DNA of 51,757 nt, from positions 1-51,757 of IMG/VR virus record IMGVR_UViG_3300036717_000008; one strand, written 5' to 3'. How positions within the stretch are numbered: position 1 is the first letter of the stretch; every line of letters starts with the position of its first letter. This document shows, in pieces, positions 10,091 through 20,722 of the stretch. Below the pieces are notes generated by a model. It saw only the letters and a program-made list of their open reading frames with translations, was not told the DNA's origin and did not search any database. Origin of the DNA: a virus. Lineage: Duplodnaviria; Caudoviricetes. The position numbers and the translations under genes were made by a program.

Positions 10091-13000
10091 ATGCCCCTAA
10101 CACCCTATCAAATACAGTATCTTAAGTCTCAGGGTTACTCTGATGAAGATATTGCTGCTGCTAAACCAGTTGGTCCTGCTCCATCCATACCTAGTACTAT
10201 TGGTAAAACTTTAGTTGCTCATGCTGGTGGGTTAATAGGTGGTGGAGGTGGAACGTTAGCCGGTGCAGAAGCTGGTGGATTAGCTGGTGAAGCTTTATTT
10301 CCTGCTGGTGGGTTAATACCGGGTGCTATTATTGGTGGTATAGCAGGTGGTATGGGAGGTGGTGCAGCTGGACAGAAAGCTCAACAGTTAATTGAACCAG
10401 AAGAACTCTACAATAGTCAACAAGAATCAGCTGAGGAAGCTGCTCAAGCTAATCCTAAAACAGCTGCTGGTACAGATATTGTTGCATCTGCTTTAGCAGC
10501 TGGTGGTAGACCATCAATGGATGCTTTAAGGGCTGGTGAAGGATTGATTGGGAAGTTAAGTGGTAAGGCTTTAACACCTGAAGCTAGAAATTCTTTAATC
10601 TCTACTACTCTAAATACAGCTGTTAACCCTGCCATTAATGCAGGTATTAGTGCTGTTACCGGACAGCCAGAATCAGTAGGAGATGTTGCAAGTCAAGCAT
10701 TGGGTGGAGCTATATTTGGTGGCCAAGCTAAGTGGGCTAAGAGACTATTAGGTAAAGTTGAAGAACCATCTCAGGATGTTAGTAATAATGATACTCCATC
10801 GTCTGATCCTGATGCTGGTATTGATAAAGCTGAACCTATCACAGCCTTTACAGCTAAAGATCCTGATGATAACTATAAGATTGGTGATCCACAGATTAAC
10901 AAGATATTCAAGAAACGTCTTGATGCTTTGTATCCCGTGCCTGATGATGCAGATGAGATAACTAAAGCTCAGATCTTAACTCAGAAAGCTAATGCTGCTA
11001 AAGATCTTGATACTGATGGTAAACGACAATTCTTACATCAGCAAGAATTAGGTAATCAGCAACAAGCAATGGAGCTATTACAGGCTAGAGAATTTAACGA
11101 AAACCAGAAAGCAGAACAAGAAAGAGCAAATGAAGAAAATGCTAGAAACAATCCCCAACCTGAAATTGAACCTGAAGATGGGAGTGTACAAGTTAATGAT
11201 GTTCCTGCAAAGCCTCCCATAACTGCTACACCTGAGATATTGGATGGTATTATTGCTAGGAAGATAACTAAACCCTCAGCAGTACAGAATGCATTTCCTA
11301 ATATGAAATTAGGAGATGATGAGGCGTCAGAATTATTGACTCAAGCCTTACTAAGAAAACATCAGTTAGATCAACAAGATCAAGAGGACTATTTAAAGAA
11401 TGAGACTAACTTAACTTCAGAACAGGTTAAACAGGTATTACAGGAACCAAAAGGAGAAGTTGCTCAGACCGGTAAAGAGACACCTATTGTTCCTGTTACT
11501 AATACTACCGCCACTAACCCAACAGTTGAGCCGATAAAAGGGGCGCCAGTAAAATTGACTAAGGAGGAACAGGACGCTATTAATAAGACTACACAAACGT
11601 CTATTAATAGTTCTCCCACCAATGATACAACTACTGCCACACCTCCACAGGTAGTTAATCATATCATGAATGATCCTAATGCTACAACAGGATCAGTAAT
11701 GAAATTGATGTCACAACAGCATGGTCATCCATTCCAACCATTAGCTAAATGGCTATCGGATAACATGGATAAGATCAGTGCTAAAGTTCCATGGAAAACC
11801 ACTCTTGCTAAGAGGTCTAGTTATTTCCCACCGGGAGGTAGACCTGAACTATCAGATCAGGTTAGGATGACAGGAGAGGGGACATATAAAGCTGCTACTG
11901 TAATGGAAGAAGCATTACATAGTATGACCTCAGCTAAGATACCATCTGAATGGGAAGGATTGAAGGGTGGAGATTTACTTACGGCAATGGACGGGTTTGT
12001 TGCTAAAAATCCTAATCATCCTGTATCAGATCTAATTGGAGCATATAAAGAGACTGCTAAAGCTATGAAGCTTCAGAGTACTTTATTTGACTATGGTAAT
12101 GGTACAGCTGGCCGTCCAGACTATGCAAAATCTGCTGCAATGGATGAATGGGATAATCCACATGGTTACGCCATGGGTGACTTACATGAGTTTATTGCTC
12201 ATGCATTCATGGACAAAGACTTTCAAGAGAAGCTTAATACTATACCCACAACAGGCAATAAGACCTTATGGCAAAAGGTTGTAGAAGCTGTAGCACATCT
12301 ATTAGGTATTCCAGTCAACCAACATCATATGTTAGACAGAGTGTTGCGTTCATCAGCTGAACTGATTAAACGTGAACGTCCCTCTATGTGGGGAGCATTA
12401 GCACATGATCCTCACAACTCTCCACCTGATACAGCTGATGGTCAAGGTAAAAAGCCTAATGAGTACATGGACAAAACAAAGTCCAGAGGTATTGCGGTCA
12501 TAGATGCTATTCATAAGATGGGTACTCCGATTGCTCATAAGATTGGTGATGCTATGAAGATGGCATTAAATAAAACTGATGAATTAAGAGGAGCATGGAA
12601 GAATACTATTGTTCAAGCTGGTAAAGATTTAACTGCCCGTGATAAACAGCAATTAAATGCAGCTTTTGAAGCACGACGAATTAATAAGACTAACACCATA
12701 GGAATGTTATCTTCTCAAGCTGCTAAGAGATTTTATAACCAGACATATAAAACTCTTGATGAATCTGGTAAACACCGTATTGCTATTGGCGAACCCGTAA
12801 ATCAAGGTAATGGTAAATTACGCTTGCTAAAACAAGATCCTAATTACGTCCCCACAATGCCTAACCAAAAGGTAATGGACATCATACGAGCTAATTCCGA
12901 TCCTAAGGCTACTAAAGATATTCATGATAAATTTGTAGATTACAACACAAAGGTAATTGGTAATTCTCCTAAAGATGCTGAACAAAGCTGGAATGATTTT

Positions 13001-14851
13001 ACTACAGCTTTAAGAGGAGATTTATCCAATACAGATAAGTCTCATCAAGACTGGTTTAATGCTTCTCGTAAAGCTATGGGTGATCCTTTGCCACCTGAGT
13101 TTCGTGAACAAGATCCAGTTCTTAACATGGAACGTTACACTGATAGAGCTGCTGTTGATGCAGGACATTATGAATTCATGGAGAAAAATCATGAAGTAAT
13201 GGCAGCACTAGGACAGACTAAGGACGCATGGAAGAATCCTATAAAGCCCTCTAAAGATGGATCATTAGCCGGTAATCAAACCATTAAGAATGGATTAGAT
13301 CAATGGAGACATGAGGTTACTGATACTGCTGATAAGAATGAACATAGCTTATCATCATTAATAACATCCTTTTTTATCTCTGGTCCATCTCTTGAATCTC
13401 ATAAGGTAATATCTAATGTAGTATCTACACTAGCATCTACGTCAAATCCTATCATCATGACCAGGGCTTTAATTCATGGGTTAGTTCATGTGAATTCTGG
13501 ATACGAAACTGCTGTTAAAAATGGCGCAGTGAAGATGTCTGCAAGAAGTGGCTTAGCAATGATTTCAGGTTCTGCAACAGCAGCTGAAAGAATGCAAGCT
13601 ATAGCGAAGACTATCAGGAAGATTAGCACATTGAATGACTTGACTAACATAGCTGGTTATGGATTAGTTCAATCAATGAATGAAGTTATTATACCCTCCA
13701 AGATGCAACGTGCATCGCGTGGAGATATTACACAACAAAAGTTCCTTAAAAACCTAAACCCATCATATGATCCAAGCAAGACGTACTCACAAGCTGAAAT
13801 TTCTAAATACGCATCTAAGATGGCACAATATGTTCACGGGACAGGAGACATACGTTCACTACCGCACTGGATGCTTAATGATGGTGAGGTATCAGGATTC
13901 TTTTCTCTTGCTCATTGGTCAGTAGCACAGACTAATAACTTCATTAAGAATGTCTATGATCCTGCTACTAGAGGAGAATTTGGACCATTGCTGACTGGGG
14001 TATTTGGAGCAACTATTGGAGGATATTTGATCAAAGAAGTTAGAGAGAAGTTGCAAGGTAAGCATAATCAGATTCCCTCTTTAACAGAGATTTCAGCCTC
14101 TAGTAGAGGAATAGCTGGTAATCCAGGATTGGTAGGATACAATATCATATCATCCATGATGTATTCTGGGTTTGGAGGATTGCTATCTCAGGTTGCTAAA
14201 TATCCATTTGATTTTGTGTATAAGAATACACCACAAGGGGCGACCTTTCCAATGGACGAAGTGGTAACTGATATGGCAGGAACACTACATGGAGTATCCG
14301 AAGCAATAGCTAATGATCCCAATATCAATTGGGTTGATTTAGCTAAGGCAGTATCTATGCATGTGTTAAGTACTAACTTTCAGTTAGGACGTATAGCTAT
14401 CAATCAGGGAATTAACAATGGACTTATTGATGGATACCCAGCTGAGAAGAAAGAGTTATCTGATAAGATGGGACAATTGAGAAGGTTTGATATGACAGAA
14501 GGGTTGCCCTATGAAGATATAGATGAGCAACAGGGAAGTTATATGAATCTGGAACAGAAGAAGTTTAAGTCTACTCAGGACTTGAATAAAGCTGTACAAG
14601 AGCTACCTCAATTGGTAGGAAATATTGTACAGACTTATAGGTCTAAACCTGATGTGATGATGCAGAAATTGAAAGCCCTGAAAGAGAATCAGTACGATAC
14701 ATTCCCTTCAATGGAACAGACTCCTCTAAGTTTCTTCAAGTATGTAGGATACTTAAATAACTTAGAGGGTCCTGAAAAGGCAAATGAAGAATTAATGGAT
14801 TACATGAAGCATAAAACCATTAATGAAGTTAAGGCTTCTGCTGTGCCTTAA
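10091..14851 (+). CDS. Large internal virion/polyvalent protein (1586 aa) with zincin-like domain
   Basis: N-terminal glycine-zipper segments; VMEEALHSMT...DLHEFIAHAFMDKDFQEKL...LWQKVVEAVAHLLG pattern. Confidence 0.7.
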   Translation: MPLTPYQIQYLKSQGYSDEDIAAAKPVGPAPSIPSTIGKTLVAHAGGLIGGGGGTLAGAEAGGLAGEALFPAGGLIPGAIIGGIAGGMGGGAAGQKAQQLIEPEELYNSQQESAEEAAQANPKTAAGTDIVASALAAGGRPSMDALRAGEGLIGKLSGKALTPEARNSLISTTLNTAVNPAINAGISAVTGQPESVGDVASQALGGAIFGGQAKWAKRLLGKVEEPSQDVSNNDTPSSDPDAGIDKAEPITAFTAKDPDDNYKIGDPQINKIFKKRLDALYPVPDDADEITKAQILTQKANAAKDLDTDGKRQFLHQQELGNQQQAMELLQAREFNENQKAEQERANEENARNNPQPEIEPEDGSVQVNDVPAKPPITATPEILDGIIARKITKPSAVQNAFPNMKLGDDEASELLTQALLRKHQLDQQDQEDYLKNETNLTSEQVKQVLQEPKGEVAQTGKETPIVPVTNTTATNPTVEPIKGAPVKLTKEEQDAINKTTQTSINSSPTNDTTTATPPQVVNHIMNDPNATTGSVMKLMSQQHGHPFQPLAKWLSDNMDKISAKVPWKTTLAKRSSYFPPGGRPELSDQVRMTGEGTYKAATVMEEALHSMTSAKIPSEWEGLKGGDLLTAMDGFVAKNPNHPVSDLIGAYKETAKAMKLQSTLFDYGNGTAGRPDYAKSAAMDEWDNPHGYAMGDLHEFIAHAFMDKDFQEKLNTIPTTGNKTLWQKVVEAVAHLLGIPVNQHHMLDRVLRSSAELIKRERPSMWGALAHDPHNSPPDTADGQGKKPNEYMDKTKSRGIAVIDAIHKMGTPIAHKIGDAMKMALNKTDELRGAWKNTIVQAGKDLTARDKQQLNAAFEARRINKTNTIGMLSSQAAKRFYNQTYKTLDESGKHRIAIGEPVNQGNGKLRLLKQDPNYVPTMPNQKVMDIIRANSDPKATKDIHDKFVDYNTKVIGNSPKDAEQSWNDFTTALRGDLSNTDKSHQDWFNASRKAMGDPLPPEFREQDPVLNMERYTDRAAVDAGHYEFMEKNHEVMAALGQTKDAWKNPIKPSKDGSLAGNQTIKNGLDQWRHEVTDTADKNEHSLSSLITSFFISGPSLESHKVISNVVSTLASTSNPIIMTRALIHGLVHVNSGYETAVKNGAVKMSARSGLAMISGSATAAERMQAIAKTIRKISTLNDLTNIAGYGLVQSMNEVIIPSKMQRASRGDITQQKFLKNLNPSYDPSKTYSQAEISKYASKMAQYVHGTGDIRSLPHWMLNDGEVSGFFSLAHWSVAQTNNFIKNVYDPATRGEFGPLLTGVFGATIGGYLIKEVREKLQGKHNQIPSLTEISASSRGIAGNPGLVGYNIISSMMYSGFGGLLSQVAKYPFDFVYKNTPQGATFPMDEVVTDMAGTLHGVSEAIANDPNINWVDLAKAVSMHVLSTNFQLGRIAINQGINNGLIDGYPAEKKELSDKMGQLRRFDMTEGLPYEDIDEQQGSYMNLEQKKFKSTQDLNKAVQELPQLVGNIVQTYRSKPDVMMQKLKALKENQYDTFPSMEQTPLSFFKYVGYLNNLEGPEKANEELMDYMKHKTINEVKASAVP

Positions 14852-14853
14852 GT

Positions 14854-15216
14854 TTAATTCTTCTTTCCATGCTTATACGGACGAGTTTTATTATACTCAT
14901 GCTTAGAGTTAAGTGCCTCCACTATATTAACTCCAAGCCTTTGTGATACATCAAGGGCTCGGATTATAATATCTGCCAGCTCTTCTTCTGTACAATCTAA
15001 TGGGGTCAAACCTAGGTCTTGCATCTTAGCTGCCTTATCACAGAGTTGATATTGCGTATCTGATCTAAATGCATCCCAAAGTTCAGTTATCTCAGCGTGC
15101 ATATTATTGCACTGATTAGCTATAAACTGATCTTCAGATTCATCAGTGGAATGAAAACCTTTCTTTCTTGCATTCTCGTGTACAGCTTGTGCGAACTCAT
15201 TAATGTCAGTTATCAT
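14854..15216 (-). CDS. MazG-like nucleotide pyrophosphohydrolase
   Basis: HAEITELWDA, EEELADIIIRALD and KHEYNKTRPYKHGK motifs. Confidence 0.85.
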   Translation of the reverse strand: MITDINEFAQAVHENARKKGFHSTDESEDQFIANQCNNMHAEITELWDAFRSDTQYQLCDKAAKMQDLGLTPLDCTEEELADIIIRALDVSQRLGVNIVEALNSKHEYNKTRPYKHGKKN

Positions 15217-15217
15217 A

Positions 15218-16570
15218 TTATCCTTTCACTATGTATGTTATTGTTCCGTCCTCTTCTACATTTTGTTTTACTTTGTCTAACGCAATGAGATGCTCTAAAC
15301 AATCCTCAAGAGACTTTTTTCCTTGGGGTAGATCATCCCAAAATTCTGTCTCAAAATCTACCCTTGTTGGTTTTTGATATTTAACGATAAAGTCATATAT
15401 CTTATTGGATAGTTTAGCTAATGGATTCTTAGGGTTAGCTACTAAGCCAATGTGCATAGTGGGTTCTTCATCTTCCAAATCTTTAATAGCTTGTTTTACC
15501 TCATCAGTAGTTATAGTCATAGATAAGGACTCTGAGAAGTGATTAGCCATTACAGTCTTCCACATATGTAATTGTTTACGAGCATAATATCCCTCTAATT
15601 TAGAGCACTTATTTATGCGTAGATTCTTATGCTCCTCTATATCGTTCCACCACCATTGAACATAATCTAAGGTTTCTTTATCAACTTTAACTTCACCATG
15701 AAGCTGTGATAGATGTTTAATGTGCTCTAATATCTCAACCCGAAGTCTCTCTTGGTCCTCTGTAAGCTTCGGAATAGAACTAACATTCTTTCTGTTTCTT
15801 GTAGCACATATAAACAAGCATCTGGCAGCAAACCCTGATCCAACGAGTTTATCATCCTGAACTTCCTCCATAAAATCAGGAGTCGTACCTGCAATAAAAG
15901 ACAGGCAACCATTAACAACTCTATCCTCACCAGCAGTTTTTGTTTTATATTCATATTCTTTTGGACAGCCATGAAGGCCTAATAAGTAGTTTATAACTGA
16001 GTCAGCTTTCTTCTTAAATAATGAACCTAATTCATCTAAACAGAAATACATAGAACAGTGTCCATATATGGCTAGTTTAGGTGGAGCACCATTTGCACCA
16101 TTCTTACTGAAGTCTAAATAATTAATACGTCTAAAAGCCTTAGACATTGAATCCACCAATGCCTCATAAGTAGTAGCATCAGGTGCGTAAGGAAAAGCTG
16201 GTGGAGTTGGAACATCTACATTCTTACGAGCTTTAACCATTGAGTCATCAGCTAGTGTACTATTAGTCTCATGAATCTTATCTATCAATACTGCCTCAGC
16301 TTGACTTCTACCATCTTTATTAGGCCGCACGTCTTTAGCTTTCCAGTATCTCAATATATGATTAATGTCACCTAATACTATTGATTTACCAGTACCAGGA
16401 GGGCCATAAAGAATAATGTATTGATTAGGATAGATAGGCTTATCTTCTGATCCATACCAGACACGTCTCTGTAATGCAGCTCCAACTATAAATCTCCATG
16501 ACCATTTTACATAGTTATCAGGAGATGGCAATCTATCTGTTATCTCCAACCATTTTTCAAAGTTGGTCAT
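15218..16570 (-). CDS. DUF3987/YfjI-like AAA+ ATPase, probable replicative helicase
   Basis: PNQYIILYGPPGTGKS (Walker A), TYEAL, FCLDELG (Walker B), GFAARCLF. Confidence 0.75.
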   Translation of the reverse strand: MTNFEKWLEITDRLPSPDNYVKWSWRFIVGAALQRRVWYGSEDKPIYPNQYIILYGPPGTGKSIVLGDINHILRYWKAKDVRPNKDGRSQAEAVLIDKIHETNSTLADDSMVKARKNVDVPTPPAFPYAPDATTYEALVDSMSKAFRRINYLDFSKNGANGAPPKLAIYGHCSMYFCLDELGSLFKKKADSVINYLLGLHGCPKEYEYKTKTAGEDRVVNGCLSFIAGTTPDFMEEVQDDKLVGSGFAARCLFICATRNRKNVSSIPKLTEDQERLRVEILEHIKHLSQLHGEVKVDKETLDYVQWWWNDIEEHKNLRINKCSKLEGYYARKQLHMWKTVMANHFSESLSMTITTDEVKQAIKDLEDEEPTMHIGLVANPKNPLAKLSNKIYDFIVKYQKPTRVDFETEFWDDLPQGKKSLEDCLEHLIALDKVKQNVEEDGTITYIVKG

Positions 16571-16571
16571 A

Positions 16572-16772
16572 TCAAAACTTATAACAGTCTATCATGTCGT
16601 GTTCAACGGTGATAATTATCATTGGATGAGGCATAAAATCAAAAGCAAATATTATATCACAAACAAAAGATTTAATCTTTTCTGAGTCTTCGGTATATGG
16701 AATGCATCCAATGTACTGAGCTTCTATCAAACCATCAGGTGTTGTCGTCAAGCGATATATTGTCATAATCAA
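16572..16772 (-). CDS. Hypothetical protein
   Basis: Tightly packed ORF with ATGA overlap. Confidence 0.6.
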   Translation of the reverse strand: MIMTIYRLTTTPDGLIEAQYIGCIPYTEDSEKIKSFVCDIIFAFDFMPHPMIIITVEHDMIDCYKF

Positions 16773-17764
16773 AATTTCAGTTCCCTTAAACCAAGTTTGT
16801 TAACGTCCTCTTTACCATCTTTTCCCTTTTTATAAACTCCCCAATTAAAGCCAAATTGAGTTTCTGATCTCATGTTAAATACAGCACCATCAACAGGAGA
16901 TGTGAATTGCATCTCAATATACTCTTTGTGTTTCTTTCCTAATTCAGTCTCCTCTCCTATAGGACATTGTGATAATACACTATCATGACAATTAATCATA
17001 TGATCCCATCTTAGATTATTAGATTCTGTGTGTTGTTGTAATTTACTAAATGCCATATTAGTAATCATGCCTACTGTAGATTGAGGAGGTAGTGCATAGA
17101 TTTCTTTCCATTTAGCTTCCTCAACTTCGTGCCAAGTTATAGTTAAAGGATGACCATGAAGATTATAAACTATGTGGGTCCTCTCAACTTGTTCACGCAA
17201 TCTTCTATGCCAATCTCTAATCTCAGGAAATAAAGAGTGGTACGTTAACAGAAACCGATCAGCTTCCTCTTGAGGTAACATTATCTTACCACCAGATTTC
17301 TCAAGAACATTCATCCTAAATGGGTTGGTTGTAATACCATAATTCGCCGAATGGCAAGTCTGTTTTGCAAGATAATAATAACGTTCATTTACTGGCCAAT
17401 TATCAGAGTCTTTGATTAAGGAATCTAACTCTTTAAAGAACGGCAAAGTCTTAATAGACTCAATAGGTGAATTGATAAAGGTGTTAATATCAAATTTAAA
17501 ATCAGAACTAATCTGATTCCTCATTCGTTTATTCCATACCTCAGCAAACACCTGTATAGCAACATAGACATGGGGTTTAACACCATGAATAAACAATTTA
17601 CGAAAATCAGCATTCTTACAAAGGTAAGCTACTATTAATGCCTCAGCTCCTGATTGGTCAGTTTGAACAAATACTTTAAGTTTAGATCTTTGCTCCTCAG
17701 TGAAGATTGAAATGTCATGTGAGGCGAGATAATAGCTACACTTGTTATAGAGGTCGCTACTCAT
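16769..17764 (-). CDS. polA: DNA polymerase family A, C-terminal catalytic part (+1 frame relative to the N-terminal ORF; possible own ATG at 17764)
   Basis: Motif A FVQTDQSGAEA, motif B AKQTCHSANYG, PQSTV, motif C INCHDSVL. Confidence 0.92.
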   Translation of the reverse strand: MSSDLYNKCSYYLASHDISIFTEEQRSKLKVFVQTDQSGAEALIVAYLCKNADFRKLFIHGVKPHVYVAIQVFAEVWNKRMRNQISSDFKFDINTFINSPIESIKTLPFFKELDSLIKDSDNWPVNERYYYLAKQTCHSANYGITTNPFRMNVLEKSGGKIMLPQEEADRFLLTYHSLFPEIRDWHRRLREQVERTHIVYNLHGHPLTITWHEVEEAKWKEIYALPPQSTVGMITNMAFSKLQQHTESNNLRWDHMINCHDSVLSQCPIGEETELGKKHKEYIEMQFTSPVDGAVFNMRSETQFGFNWGVYKKGKDGKEDVNKLGLRELKF

Positions 17765-19514
17765 TAGGCACTCCATCAGCAATGTAGATTTCTCTCATTG
17801 ATTTTTCTATGTTAGCTAAGTTTCCTCCAAGTCCACGCTCTTTCCATTCTCCGTTAGGTAATAGACGTTTCTTTTTAAACAGGGCTCTACTACCCAATCG
17901 AAATGATTTAGTACCCCCAATTGTCCATTGACAACTATCCCGCATCATATCCTCAGTACTAATCCATGGCAAGAATCTTAACCGGGTTGTCTCTTTCTTA
18001 ACTTCACGGTATGCACATATAAGATTGATAACAGGATTATCATGCTTTAAAGCTAGTCTATACAAGGCTTTCTTTCCTAATGATGGCGCCCTTTTTCCAT
18101 CGACAATAGATGGTTTGCCTCTAGCAATAATAGGATAACCAAGCATCTCATGAAAATATTTCACACACTGAGGATTAGATCCAGCAAACATTCCTAACTT
18201 CTTTTTGCCACGAATTTCACCTAATGCTTTCTCACCTACGAAATATTCTATGAGCCTGTTATACTGAAACATTAAGGCATCATTCTCTTTTACTTTATCA
18301 TCTATCAACTTACGATTTACTTTGATACCATTTAAGGTTGAGATAAGATAAGGACGTATACACGCCATCGCATCATTGATAGAAGATTCAAGTCCTGGAA
18401 TAGTTTTAGCATACTCTGTAACAGCTTGTTTAATAAGGCCCATTGTGTATACGTCTTTACCACAATACTTCATCCTATTAACCATTTGATCGTTAGTTCT
18501 ATACCCTTGTGAGTCTTCATCTTTATGAAACTTCTCCCAGGTCCAGTATGACGTAGCATGACCTAATGACTTCTCTAAGTCAGGAAAACATCTATGAAGA
18601 GCTATCAATGTATCATATGAAGATGAACCCAGTGGGATATGATATTTAAGTGCAAAGACAAGAAAGTCAAAACAAGCACCATTGTGAGCGACAGTGGTAT
18701 TCCTACTGATTCCGATAGCAAGGGCTTGTAACACTTGCGGAACCTCAGGAAAAGCAATTCTATAGTTGTAATCAAGAACAGGAACAGAATAGACAGTCCT
18801 ATAATCCAAACTAAAACTAAAGCATTGTAAATTACATTCTTCATAATCAGTCTCTATGTCTATTAACAGATCCTTATCTTTAGTGTCTCTTAAGATCTCT
18901 ATTACCTCTTTTGGATGAGGGAAGATCTTATAAATTGGTTTAGGTCTTTCACATTCTCTTTGCCAAACGGATGTGCTGAATAATATTTGCTTACACTTCC
19001 AGGTATCCCGACGTAACCAGAATGCATAGTTTGTCCTTTTAGTCCTACCATGCCTTTTGACATCTCCCTCATCCTCATCCTCCCCTTCATCACCTCCAGT
19101 AAATACTTCATCGTCTGGGGTATAACCATCAGATAAAGGATTGGATTGTTTCTCAACATCTTTAAATATATCCACGGCTTGTTGAGGTAAGTATGAACAT
19201 ATAGCGGGTATTCCATTGACATAAAATAATGATCCTCTCATCTCATGAAGAGAGTTCTTTAAAGTTTCAGGTAAGTAATGATGCATCGTAGGTTCACCTA
19301 ATAATAGTAAACACTTTGTATTAGGTAGAAATGGAGACTTATCATCCTTAAGTCTCACATCACACATCATACTATTAAGCTCTGGTTGAAGACAGAAGTT
19401 GCCGAACATAACTCCTCCATTACCTGATAATAGACGGGTTATATCAAAGCGACTTTGGTTTGACATAATGATTGTCAAACCACAGTATTTGAATTTAGGA
19501 AGAGACCTTAACAT
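17757..19514 (-). CDS. polA: DNA polymerase family A, N-terminal part: degenerate UDG-like domain, 3'-5' exonuclease and thumb
   Basis: Exo motifs IDIETD, AHNGACFD, YCGKD; SNPQ, TKSFRLGS, NLANIEKSMREIYIAD; ends at TAG. Confidence 0.9.
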   Translation of the reverse strand: MLRSLPKFKYCGLTIIMSNQSRFDITRLLSGNGGVMFGNFCLQPELNSMMCDVRLKDDKSPFLPNTKCLLLLGEPTMHHYLPETLKNSLHEMRGSLFYVNGIPAICSYLPQQAVDIFKDVEKQSNPLSDGYTPDDEVFTGGDEGEDEDEGDVKRHGRTKRTNYAFWLRRDTWKCKQILFSTSVWQRECERPKPIYKIFPHPKEVIEILRDTKDKDLLIDIETDYEECNLQCFSFSLDYRTVYSVPVLDYNYRIAFPEVPQVLQALAIGISRNTTVAHNGACFDFLVFALKYHIPLGSSSYDTLIALHRCFPDLEKSLGHATSYWTWEKFHKDEDSQGYRTNDQMVNRMKYCGKDVYTMGLIKQAVTEYAKTIPGLESSINDAMACIRPYLISTLNGIKVNRKLIDDKVKENDALMFQYNRLIEYFVGEKALGEIRGKKKLGMFAGSNPQCVKYFHEMLGYPIIARGKPSIVDGKRAPSLGKKALYRLALKHDNPVINLICAYREVKKETTRLRFLPWISTEDMMRDSCQWTIGGTKSFRLGSRALFKKKRLLPNGEWKERGLGGNLANIEKSMREIYIADGVPNE

Positions 19515-19671
19515 CTTTAATAGTTATTTCAAGTCCTTCATTACCATAACTCATTGATGTGGTTCTATGAATATCAACCAATTCAAATGTATCTTCACCT
19601 CTGCCTAGAATAAAAGCAACCATTTTCTTTGTTTCAGATTCAGATAATTGATATATTTTAGATTCTGTCAT
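19495..19671 (-). CDS. Hypothetical protein
   Basis: MTESKIYQ... ORF overlapping the polymerase start. Confidence 0.55.
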   Translation of the reverse strand: MTESKIYQLSESETKKMVAFILGRGEDTFELVDIHRTTSMSYGNEGLEITIKDVKVSS

Positions 19672-19703
19672 AATAAAATTCGGCATACTATAACTGGTAT
19701 GCC
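19672..19703 (-). terminator. Intrinsic terminator-like hairpin
   Basis: GGCATAC-8nt-GTATGCC followed by GAATTTTATT on the minus strand. Confidence 0.5.
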
Positions 19704-19721
19704 AGCAGTTTGGTTAACTAA

Positions 19722-19904
19722 CTATTCTGGTGATTCAGATGATTCATCTTCGTCATCATCAATAATGTCACAATCCACCTCTTCAGCTCCATGAACACCA
19801 TCAAGGCGTTTAATGTTGGTTATAATCTCACCAGTCAATCTTTGCAATGCCTCTTCATTGACAACCTCGATGTCAACATCAAACATCAATTTTCCAGTAA
19901 TCAT
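19722..19904 (-). CDS. Small acidic protein
   Basis: 60-aa ORF with D/E-rich tail. Confidence 0.6.
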   Translation of the reverse strand: MITGKLMFDVDIEVVNEEALQRLTGEIITNIKRLDGVHGAEEVDCDIIDDDEDESSESPE

Positions 19905-19912
19905 AACACTCC

Positions 19913-20473
19913 TTACAACGATTGACCACCAGTTGGCAATTCAGCAAGACAATAGATCTCCTTAATTTCAGGATAGTTGTCAATGAGGGGTTGCTTAGTC
20001 TTGGGATGTAGCAACACTTTACCAACTTTAATACCCCTAGCCAATTCCTCTCTAGTGGGTGAAGCAGTCTTAGGATTGGCCTCATTTTTAATCAAAGCAT
20101 AAGCCAACACTTTCTTAATATCCTCAGTAGCAGGATTTTCCCAATTAGTTTCTTCAGGAAGTTCAAGCTTCTTACGGAAGTCATTCCACCTTTGGCGACA
20201 AGCTTCAGTCTTGTCTACAATAATTCCACCTTCATTACTGACCTGAATTGTCATGTACATTGCACTGGGCTTAACACCAGCTACAACCACTGGTTTAGTG
20301 TCATTACCAACAGTCATATCTACTGTATCTGGTGCAGCGATTTCAGTCTTGATGGTAATCATTGGATTACCTTTGCTATTCGGGGCTAAAGACAATTCCG
20401 TAAACCGGATGATATAATCTGATTTTGTTACAAAAGGAATTGACATGTTCCACTTAATTGCATTCTCACTCAT
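19913..20473 (-). CDS. Single-stranded DNA-binding protein candidate (DUF669-like)
   Basis: DYIIRFTELSLAPNSKGNPMITIK pattern; next to the Sak4-like ATPase. Confidence 0.5.
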   Translation of the reverse strand: MSENAIKWNMSIPFVTKSDYIIRFTELSLAPNSKGNPMITIKTEIAAPDTVDMTVGNDTKPVVVAGVKPSAMYMTIQVSNEGGIIVDKTEACRQRWNDFRKKLELPEETNWENPATEDIKKVLAYALIKNEANPKTASPTREELARGIKVGKVLLHPKTKQPLIDNYPEIKEIYCLAELPTGGQSL

Positions 20474-20527
20474 ATGTTTTATTTTGTTGTTTACTTAATT
20501 ACTGATCGTAGTTTGTGATCAGTAAAT

Positions 20528-20719
20528 TTATTTCTCACTTTTATTCTTTTGCTGTGAGATAAATTCTCGTACTTGTGCAACATATTCTGAGACTACCTCA
20601 GACATTTCTTTCTGCACTTTTTCATAGTCATCATAAGAGTAAAATACTCTAGTATGACCTTGACGGGTTACGACGTTTAGAACAAACCCATTTGCTAATG
20701 TTTCAAGTTTAATTTCCAT
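20528..20719 (-). CDS. Hypothetical protein
   Basis: MEIKLETLANGFVL ORF in operon. Confidence 0.65.
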   Translation of the reverse strand: MEIKLETLANGFVLNVVTRQGHTRVFYSYDDYEKVQKEMSEVVSEYVAQVREFISQQKNKSEK

Positions 20720-20722
20720 ATA

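Noticed and set aside
11000-11020. DLDTD as a DxDxD virion RNA polymerase motif
   Set aside because: It lies in a helical low-complexity region with no other RNAP motifs.
17690-17780. Intron or intein at the polA break
   Set aside because: Only about 100 nt separate the conserved blocks, they are open in the +1 frame, and there is no group I/II core or intein motif.
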